Shown here piece by piece: positions 38,999-45,729 of a stretch of DNA of 45,729 nt. Under the pieces are notes generated by a model. It did not search any database. It saw nothing but the letters and a program-made list of their open reading frames with translations, and was not told the DNA's origin. Positions within the stretch are counted from its first letter, which is position 1. The number at the start of each line of letters is the position of its first letter. Position numbers and translations under genes: made by a program. Source of the DNA: a virus; IMG/VR virus record IMGVR_UViG_3300027852_000009, positions 1 to 45,729 of that record; one strand, given 5' to 3'.

Positions 38999-39871
38999 TC
39001 ATGCAAGCGATGCAAGATAGTCGATTTGGCTTTGCTGACCTTTGTGTTCAGTAAACATCTCTTTCAGACAGTCAGCCAGTTCGACAAGGCAGTCATCTTT
39101 GTCGTCATGTTGCCCGACATAGGCGATAAGACTTTTGATTGCCTTAGTGGTGGCTGTCTTCATCTTGCGATCAGCAGCAGCCTTTTCAGCTTCATCTACA
39201 TCTTTGCAAGCCTGTTCTTCATCGCTTGTGTCGATACCTTTGTCGGTAGCCTTAGCCAGCTTATCGGCCTTCTTTGTGGCTTCCTTGTAGGCGCGTTTGA
39301 TCACTGTCGGATTGCCAGACTTGTAATCGGCAATCTGATTGACCCCCAGCACGATGAGTAAATCTGAACCATCAGCGCCATCGACGTTTACAGCTTCATA
39401 AAGCCACTTGCAGTTTGAACGCAAAGCCGGGTCAAGTGTTGCAGATGCAGGTGCGGCCTTGGCCAAGTATTGACCATAGAGTTTTGTGGACTTGAACAGT
39501 GGCGCAACACCAGAGGCGAAAGAGCCAAGGGCCATGTATGAGTCAAGCAATTCACCATCTTTGTCGGCAATCGCTTGTGCAGCCTTGGCTACCTCATCGG
39601 AGGCTTTTTGGATTGCCGCAACGTCTGCACCTTCTTTCAGGTCATATGACACGCCATCGACTGCAATGGTGATAACGGTGGGGACAATCTTTGGTGTTGG
39701 TTCTGGTTTAAGATTAACAAGGTTTGCAGGTGCCTTAGTGGCCGGTTTGGCCTTCACCTTTGCAGGTGCCTTGCGTGGTTTTGTGGGGGCTTTGGTGGCC
39801 ATTGTGATGACTTCCTTTGTGGCTTCGGTGGTTGCGGTTGTAGTGGCTTTACGAGTGTTGCGAGTTGTCAT
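38999..39871 (-). CDS. Early protein with a Lys/Ala/Pro-rich (histone-H1-like) N-terminus
   Basis: KAPTKPRKAPAKVKAKPATKAPANL..., then a helical Ala/Lys/Asp-rich body. Monocistronic: it has its own upstream control region and its own terminator. Confidence 0.6.
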   Translation of the reverse strand: MTTRNTRKATTTATTEATKEVITMATKAPTKPRKAPAKVKAKPATKAPANLVNLKPEPTPKIVPTVITIAVDGVSYDLKEGADVAAIQKASDEVAKAAQAIADKDGELLDSYMALGSFASGVAPLFKSTKLYGQYLAKAAPASATLDPALRSNCKWLYEAVNVDGADGSDLLIVLGVNQIADYKSGNPTVIKRAYKEATKKADKLAKATDKGIDTSDEEQACKDVDEAEKAAADRKMKTATTKAIKSLIAYVGQHDDKDDCLVELADCLKEMFTEHKGQQSQIDYLASLA

Positions 39872-39901
39872 GATATAAACCTTTCCGGGTTTTGTTGTCT
39901 A

Positions 39902-39915
39902 TTGGATAAGTCCAA
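39902..39915. repeat. Element copy 25
   Basis: TTGGATAAGTCCAA, 31 nt upstream of the 39871 (-) start. Confidence 0.9.
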
Positions 39916-39937
39916 CAGAGGGACGTTTAGGGGGCTT

Positions 39938-39967
39938 TGGGACAATACTTGGACACATAGTGATACA
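39938..39967 (+). promoter_or_regulatory. 30-bp element related to the 39-bp repeat (copy A)
   Basis: Identical to 38756-38785. Lies in the divergent control region, ~70 nt from the 39871 start and ~540 nt from the 40510 start. Confidence 0.45.
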
Positions 39968-40106
39968 CCAGCCGAATGGGCTTAGAATACCTGTGAGATT
40001 GTCACTACTAGCATGAGGATTAATGCAGCTTCATACATGTGTTTGATCCTTCGTTGTTAAAAGACATTAGGTGGAGGAAAAACCGATTTGAGGATTTTCT
40101 GTCGTC

Positions 40107-40130
40107 CACTATGGCCACAACGCGCCACAC
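40107..40130. repeat. 24-bp box, copy A
   Basis: CACTATGGCCACAACGCGCCACAC. See 38622-38645. Confidence 0.85.
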
Positions 40131-40140
40131 TGGCCTTGCC

Positions 40141-40154
40141 TTGGACCTATCCAA
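40141..40154. repeat. Element copy 26
   Basis: TTGGACCTATCCAA plus TGCAGCC in the divergent control region. Confidence 0.9.
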
Positions 40155-40509
40155 TGCAGCCTTGTGCCTATATGTCTGGCCACGCTATGGGACACACTAC
40201 CACAACTGACCTGCTAACCTATTGAAATCATTACGCTTTATCCACCTGTCCACATATTGCGAGGTTAGATTGCAAGGCAAATTAATGCCGGAAGCTAGAA
40301 GGGCCGGGGGGTTTTTGAGGGTTCAATTCAAAAATAAGGGTTATTGTTATTATTGATTATTTCGATTTTTTCCCGTCTTGAAGGGGAGGGGGATCACAGT
40401 AAAATCCCCTATAGTGGAAGGCCCCCATGGACCTCCTAAGGTTCCCTATGGTACTCCTTGGTCCCTACCTTGGCTCTCCCTGACATCTCCCCAATGAAAG
40501 AAACCCCCA

Positions 40510-40779
40510 ATGATCCCATCCCGAGAACTCCCTGACATCCTCTCCCAAAGTGTCCTTGGACACCCATACGACCCCCAATCAACTTTACCCGAACGCTTCG
40601 AAATCGACTTCCTGCAAGAGCAAGTTGAGAATTGGGAGCAAGGGTCAAACCCGACGAAGAACCTCTTGGCTACTTTTGAACAGCACAACACTGGTGACTT
40701 TGACCTGATGCAATGGATGCAAGGTTGGGTCGATCAGGATGTCTATGAATGGCCTGAAGAGGAAAACCCAGAAACGTAA
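40510..40779 (+). CDS. Hypothetical acidic protein (first gene of the rightward arm)
   Basis: 89-aa ORF. Weak SD. Confidence 0.45.
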   Translation: MIPSRELPDILSQSVLGHPYDPQSTLPERFEIDFLQEQVENWEQGSNPTKNLLATFEQHNTGDFDLMQWMQGWVDQDVYEWPEEENPET

Positions 40780-40795
40780 TCCTTGGAGTTCTCCC

Positions 40796-40809
40796 TTGGA
40801 TTAGTCCAA
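40796..40809. repeat. Element copy 27
   Basis: TTGGATTAGTCCAA plus AGGAAG, upstream of the 40820 start. Confidence 0.9.
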
Positions 40810-40819
40810 AGGAAGCCTT

Positions 40820-41674
40820 ATGGCACTTGAAACCGGAACCTATATCGACTCCCTGACGGAGACCAACCCCACCTCATCGGACAACGCCGCCCAAGGTGAT
40901 GATCATCTTCGTCTGATTAAAGCTACCCTGAAAGCCACCTTCCCTAATCTGGTCGGGGCTATGACAGCCACTGAAGCCCAATTGAATTCTGCGATTGTCT
41001 CAGTGGCAGAGACCGTCAAAGGTAACTCTGCTGCTACTGACGAGGACACTGCTGATGTGTCCATGACCGACCTGAAGAACATGCTTGGTCTTGGTGCATC
41101 TGCTTTTGAACCATTAAACACATTCGCTGCTGCTGCTCACGAACATGATGCTTCCTATGCTGGCTTATCCCATACACATACTGCTTCCCAGACAGTCTCC
41201 GGTGAATTTGACCCTGCACGTCTACCTGCTGCCACCATTTCTTCAATAGGTGCTGTTGAGAAAGCTACAACCACTGAAATGGAAGCTGGTACGGCTGACA
41301 AATTCCCTGACGCTGCCAAGGTGAAATCCTTTGTGGATGCTTCTGTAGCTGCTACCACCACAGTAATTGAATTTGCTGTACCCGCATCAGGTGTGACTGC
41401 ATCTGCACCCCATGGGCTATCGGTGGGCAACTCTAAGAACTGGAATGTGCATCTTGAGTGTATTAAGGACACTGGCATCTTTGTTATAGGTGATCAGGTC
41501 TCCCCTCCCGGTAATTATAGTGGTGCTGGTTTGTATTTTGGGGCCATACCGTATGTGACAGCAACACACGCCAAGTTCTTCATTGAGGCTAATGGTATGC
41601 GTTTAGGTCATAATTCCGGCTCTGGTATAGAACAGGGTGACCTCTACTGGAAAGTTGTATTCACGTTCAATTAA
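40820..41674 (+). CDS. Tail fibre / receptor-binding protein
   Basis: N-terminus MALETGTYIDSLTETNPTSSDNAAQGDDHLRLIKATLKATFPN is the widespread phage fibre N-terminal motif. ATG preceded by element copy plus AAAGGAAG. Confidence 0.6.
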   Translation: MALETGTYIDSLTETNPTSSDNAAQGDDHLRLIKATLKATFPNLVGAMTATEAQLNSAIVSVAETVKGNSAATDEDTADVSMTDLKNMLGLGASAFEPLNTFAAAAHEHDASYAGLSHTHTASQTVSGEFDPARLPAATISSIGAVEKATTTEMEAGTADKFPDAAKVKSFVDASVAATTTVIEFAVPASGVTASAPHGLSVGNSKNWNVHLECIKDTGIFVIGDQVSPPGNYSGAGLYFGAIPYVTATHAKFFIEANGMRLGHNSGSGIEQGDLYWKVVFTFN

Positions 41675-41686
41675 GAAAGCAAACCC

Positions 41687-43306
41687 ATGACAATCATCCC
41701 AACTCGTGAGATTGGTAAGCTGGGTGTTATCTCTGATCAGAATGACCACGACTTACCCGGTGTAGCGTGGTCTGATGCCAACAACCTCAGGTTTTCCCGT
41801 GGGGTAGTTTCTAGGTACTCGGTATTCAAGTATTTTGATAAAGCCTACAATTATGCCGCCCAGCGCCCTGTAGGTATTGTTGAGGCCGGTGGAACTGAAG
41901 GTACTGGTTTTGTTGTTACCGTCATGAATGATGGTTCTATGGAACAGAGAATTGACGCCACAACTACTGATGTGACCCCAACGGGCACCCTAACAACAAA
42001 CAATGGCCAGATCACAACCTGTGAACTTGGTACTCTAACATATGTAAATCGACATGTGGATGTTCCGATATACCGGGAAAACCCTGGGGATGGTGCTTTT
42101 GTTCCGATCCCCGGCTGGACCTCAACCGACCGATGTAGATCACTCCGGTCCTATAAGGACTTCCTGATCGCCCTAAACGTGACCAAAGGGTCCGTGTCCT
42201 ACCCCTCCATGATCAAATGGTCCGATGCTGCCCAAGTGGGCGCTCCCCCAGACGATTGGGATACGACTGATCTGTCGTCCCTATCTGGTGAGAACGTCCT
42301 GAACGACTGCCGTGAAGGTCTGGTCGATGGTCTATCCTTGGGTGACACCTTCATCCTCTATGGGGCCTCCCAGACGTTCCGTATGGACTTCATTGGGGAG
42401 CCTTTGGTTTTCCGAACAGCCAAGGTCTTTGATGACCAAGGCGTGATGGCTCCGAACTGTGCCGTTTCTGTTGAAGGCCGACACTACGTGTTTGGAAACT
42501 CCGACATCTATATGCACGATGGCTTGTCCAAGAAGTCTATCGCTGATGGGCGTGTCCTTGAGCGTGTTATGAATGAATTGGACTGGGAAAATCGTGATAG
42601 GTGTTTTGTCTACCATGACAACATTATGGGTGAGATAGGGTTTTGTTACCCCTCCAAATCTTCAGACGCTAAGTGGCAACTTGAGAAGGTCAATGGGTGT
42701 AACCGAGCGATGGTCTATAACTATCGGTCAGACACATGGTCTCCCGTAGACATGCCTTCAGTTGTCGGTGTGACAGAAGCCTCACAAGCCGACACCCAGA
42801 CATGGGCTGATATGCCTTCTAAATGGACCAAGGCTCGTATGACATGGGATAGCCTACAAAGCGTAAACCCATCTGCACTTTTACTTTGCTCAACTGGTAA
42901 TGGAGCAGTAGCAGGACAGCCTTACTTCCTAGACCTTATTTCAAGTGGTCGGATTAGTGCTGAAGAAGCTGATGAAGTTCTATGGTGGGCTTGGGGTAAG
43001 ATGCTCTACAAGGATATGGATGAACTCGGTGTTGAGTTGTATGGCCGAAAGTTAATACGTTCTGTTGACCTCCAATTCGGATCAAAGGATAGCGAAAGCG
43101 AGATTAGGTTTCGACTTGGGCAATCCCGAGGCCCTAACACAGCTATCAAGTGGGGCCGAAAAGCCTCCTTCAATGCCTGGGGTGAAACCCGGTATGATTG
43201 CCGCATCAACGACAGATACCTAGCCCTAAGGATAGAATATCCCAGTGGTGTTGATGTTGATTTTGGAGGCTTTGATCTGGACTTTAATATGATTGCTAAA
43301 AGGTAA
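41687..43306 (+). CDS. Virion structural protein (tail tube/nozzle candidate)
   Basis: 539-aa ORF in the tail module. No motif I can name. Confidence 0.4.
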   Translation: MTIIPTREIGKLGVISDQNDHDLPGVAWSDANNLRFSRGVVSRYSVFKYFDKAYNYAAQRPVGIVEAGGTEGTGFVVTVMNDGSMEQRIDATTTDVTPTGTLTTNNGQITTCELGTLTYVNRHVDVPIYRENPGDGAFVPIPGWTSTDRCRSLRSYKDFLIALNVTKGSVSYPSMIKWSDAAQVGAPPDDWDTTDLSSLSGENVLNDCREGLVDGLSLGDTFILYGASQTFRMDFIGEPLVFRTAKVFDDQGVMAPNCAVSVEGRHYVFGNSDIYMHDGLSKKSIADGRVLERVMNELDWENRDRCFVYHDNIMGEIGFCYPSKSSDAKWQLEKVNGCNRAMVYNYRSDTWSPVDMPSVVGVTEASQADTQTWADMPSKWTKARMTWDSLQSVNPSALLLCSTGNGAVAGQPYFLDLISSGRISAEEADEVLWWAWGKMLYKDMDELGVELYGRKLIRSVDLQFGSKDSESEIRFRLGQSRGPNTAIKWGRKASFNAWGETRYDCRINDRYLALRIEYPSGVDVDFGGFDLDFNMIAKR

Positions 43307-43309
43307 CCC

Positions 43310-43483
43310 ATGGCATTCGTAAAAACTATAATACCTCGTAGGTATTCACCCAGCCCAACCCCTGTCTTAGATTCCGACCAAAGGCGTCACATGGATAGGG
43401 AGTTGCAAGACATCCGTTCAGCAATTGACGCACTCGTCATAGCTGTATCCGAAATTCAGGACTATCTTGAAACACCCACATGA
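43310..43483 (+). CDS. 57-aa hypothetical virion-module protein
   Basis: ATG 4 nt after the upstream stop. MAFVKTIIPRRYSPS...LQDIRSAIDALVIAVSEIQDYLETPT. Below the ORF-track cutoff. Confidence 0.45.
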   Translation: MAFVKTIIPRRYSPSPTPVLDSDQRRHMDRELQDIRSAIDALVIAVSEIQDYLETPT

Positions 43484-43892
43484 ACCAACCCGATATACCA
43501 TTCTGGATAACCACGAATTCCTCCTGACGGGGGAGTGGGTGGCCGATGGTGAGTTTTGGGTTCTACATTGCACCTTCTTGGTGCCTTGGACGAAGGGCTT
43601 GAGAAAGCGTTTTACCAATTTGCTACGAAGTGTGTCGGCCCGTACTGACTACCCGTGCTACGCTTTCCAAGCCCCTTCGTGTGACCCATTGAAACGTAAA
43701 TTCATCCAACAGGTTGGGGGCGTCTTCGAACACTACGCTACCTCCGATGAAGGAGAAGTTTGCGAGATGTTCCGCTTCCTCCCTTGGACTAATCCAAAGG
43801 ACCAACATGAGTTCTCTATTCAAATCAAAAACGAAGACGGTGCAGAACCCATTCGAAAGCAACCCTTGGGAGGCCCAGCAAGACTACCTTAA
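43467..43892 (+). CDS. Hypothetical protein (start uncertain)
   Basis: 141-aa ORF with only a TTG or other non-ATG start. The 3' end overlaps the next gene by 86 nt and contains an element copy. Confidence 0.35.
   Translation: MKHPHEPTRYTILDNHEFLLTGEWVADGEFWVLHCTFLVPWTKGLRKRFTNLLRSVSARTDYPCYAFQAPSCDPLKRKFIQQVGGVFEHYATSDEGEVCEMFRFLPWTNPKDQHEFSIQIKNEDGAEPIRKQPLGGPARLP
43784..43797. repeat. Element copy 28
   Basis: TTGGACTAATCCAA plus AGGACC, upstream of the 43807 start. Read as P-W-T-N-P-K in the overlapping upstream ORF. Confidence 0.9.
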
Positions 43893-44745
43893 AGAAGGTT
43901 TTGACAAAAGCACAACTGCCCTCAACAATGGCCTAAATACGTCAGGGGGTATTACTGACTACACCGCTGACCTAAATGCAGGCCAGCTTGGCTCTCTAAA
44001 CAGCCTTACAGAATTTGGTAATGGTGCCGCACAGGATGTAGCTAGTACCTTCACTAGCCAAGGGAACGCCACGGTTGGTGACCTTAGTCGGTCCTCGACA
44101 GAAGCTAACGCTTACATGGACCTAGCCAATACTGACCGCACTGGTCAGATAATTGATCGCGCCACGCAATACGCTGAAAACCCCTATATGCAATCTATGA
44201 TTGACGGGGCGATTAGCGACGTGAACAAAGGGTTCCAAAGGGACCAAGGTGGTATTAACTCGGCTGCGTCAGGGACAGGGAATATCAACTCATCTCGTGC
44301 CGGTGTGATGGAAGCCTTGGCCCTTGATGACGCCATGGATCGCTCTGGAAGTATCTCTTCGACCATGAGAGGTAATGCCTATGAAAATGGCCTGAACCGC
44401 TCGTTTATGCAGGATAGCCAAGGCATGGCTGAACGTCTGTCTGGTATCGGTGCCCTATCTCAAACTGGTGCTGTTGGTGCTGATATGCTGACTGCTGGTC
44501 TGAATACTTCGCAAGGCGGTTACAACACGGCCCTTGGCGCACAGTCGATGTTGCAGGCACAAGCCCAAGCTGAGATTGAGGGTAAGCGCACACAGTCCCG
44601 TGAAGAGTTGGACCTCGTTCAACAGTACATGAAGAGTGTGGGTGGTAACTACGGCTCCCAAGGGTTCCAATCTCAAACAACCCAGTCGGCATCACCATTC
44701 CAGCAAATTACTGGTGTTGCTTCATCGCTGATGGGTGCCTTCTAA
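43807..44745 (+). CDS. Internal virion / ejection-type protein (Gly/Ser/Asn/Gln/Ala-rich)
   Basis: ATG at 43807 preceded by element copy plus AAAGGA. 312 aa. Immediately upstream of the SLT protein. Confidence 0.5.
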   Translation: MSSLFKSKTKTVQNPFESNPWEAQQDYLKEGFDKSTTALNNGLNTSGGITDYTADLNAGQLGSLNSLTEFGNGAAQDVASTFTSQGNATVGDLSRSSTEANAYMDLANTDRTGQIIDRATQYAENPYMQSMIDGAISDVNKGFQRDQGGINSAASGTGNINSSRAGVMEALALDDAMDRSGSISSTMRGNAYENGLNRSFMQDSQGMAERLSGIGALSQTGAVGADMLTAGLNTSQGGYNTALGAQSMLQAQAQAEIEGKRTQSREELDLVQQYMKSVGGNYGSQGFQSQTTQSASPFQQITGVASSLMGAF

Positions 44746-44746
44746 A

Positions 44747-45729
44747 ATGGCCTCCTATCAGGAGATGGCCCGAGGCCACGCCATTAGAGCGGGAATTGAC
44801 CCTGACAGGTTCCTCAGACAGATCAATCAAGAGAGTGGGTGGAACCCTAAGGCCCGATCCTCTGCGGGGGCCTATGGTCTTTCACAGGCTATGCCTGACA
44901 CTGCCCGACAGCCGGGTTATGGTGTCCGACCTCTGACAGACATCGACAACCCAGATGAACAACTCCGATTTGGGGCTGACTATCAAGCAGCCATGATTAA
45001 AGCCAATGGGGGTGACACTGACCGAGCCTTAGCAGCTTACAACTTTGGTCAGGGTAACCTCGACAAACACGGCATGGATAACCTGCCCGAAGAAACCCGT
45101 AATTACATCAACATAATCAACGGCAACGGCATCCTGCATGGAGGCACTGGTGATGATAGGCTGTTTGGTGGTCAAGGAGAAGATATGATGGGATCAGGTA
45201 ATCGCCCCCGCCTAGACATTACCCCGCCGACTATTGGTGAGGGTCTGAAAAACGGATCGCTAAGTATGCCTGATGACCTCATGGGGAGAATGTTCCCTGA
45301 TGAGAGCAAAGGTGAAATTGGCTGGTTCAAAAACCTCAACCCCAACCTTTCCTCGGACGGTGTGGACAATCGACTACTGGCCATTGGTGCTGGTCTACTG
45401 TCCGGTGATGATTGGGCTTCAGGCTTTGCTGCCTCTGCCCAGAACCTCAATAATGTTGTCAGTGGTGAACAGGCCGACCGTAAGAATGAAGATGCGACCA
45501 ATGCTGAATGGGATTGGAGGGCTGATCAGGACAAGCGAGATAAAGACTGGCGCTCAAGGGAGAGTGCCCTCGGTCGTGCATCTGCTGAACGCCGCGCTGC
45601 TGAAGTAGGCAACCGAAAGAAGCATTTAGGTAACGTGAAGATGGCTAATGGTGAATTCCGTGCTGACATCTCCGTAGACCAAAATGGCCAATTCTGGGAC
45701 AGCGCTGGTAATGAAGTTGATGGCTCTAC
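44747..45729 (+). CDS. Internal virion protein with an N-terminal soluble lytic transglycosylase (SLT) domain; continues into 1..651
   Basis: QINQESGWNPKARSSAGAYGLSQAMPDTA...ALAAYNFGQGNL (catalytic Glu, GLxQ and AYNxG motifs). Not in the ORF track because it runs off the window end. Confidence 0.9.
   Translation, partial: MASYQEMARGHAIRAGIDPDRFLRQINQESGWNPKARSSAGAYGLSQAMPDTARQPGYGVRPLTDIDNPDEQLRFGADYQAAMIKANGGDTDRALAAYNFGQGNLDKHGMDNLPEETRNYINIINGNGILHGGTGDDRLFGGQGEDMMGSGNRPRLDITPPTIGEGLKNGSLSMPDDLMGRMFPDESKGEIGWFKNLNPNLSSDGVDNRLLAIGAGLLSGDDWASGFAASAQNLNNVVSGEQADRKNEDATNAEWDWRADQDKRDKDWRSRESALGRASAERRAAEVGNRKKHLGNVKMANGEFRADISVDQNGQFWDSAGNEVDGS

Overview
The window is essentially a whole dsDNA phage genome with a podovirus-like gene set, assembled as a circle. 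nt 1-23 are identical to nt 45707-45729, so the unique length is 45,706 bp, and the ORF starting at 44747 continues in frame into 1-651. There are two arms. The rightward (+) virion/lysis arm runs 40510 -> junction -> 17631: tail fibre, tail and ejection-type proteins, SLT-domain internal protein, a 1767-aa giant protein, terminase, portal, scaffold, major capsid, collagen-like fibre, endolysin, holin. The leftward (-) arm runs 39871 -> 17820: acidic/anti-restriction-like early genes, XRE regulator plus tyrosine integrase, split T7-like RNA polymerase, SSB, RusA, primase-helicase, family-A DNA polymerase, 5'-3' exonuclease, ThyX, MazG-like, ribonucleotide reductase, small genes. The arms converge on a bidirectional terminator (17762-17817) and diverge from a ~640-bp non-coding control region (39872-40509). 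I saw no rRNA, CRISPR array, transposase or complete tRNA. Four things stand out. (i) There are two single-subunit-type RNA polymerases: one is the C-terminal domain of the giant virion-module protein, the other is split into two ORFs. This is an N4-like transcription layout in a small genome that also carries an integrase. (ii) A palindromic element TTGGA-N4-TCCAA occurs 28 times, in every intergenic gap longer than about 20 nt and also inside coding regions. (iii) A 39-bp perfect direct repeat brackets the RNAP-integrase cassette, with two related copies in opposite orientation in the early control regions. (iv) A ~290-nt ORF-free structured unit carries a tRNA-like T-arm. Functional calls rest on motifs I recognise by eye and on gene order; no database search was possible.
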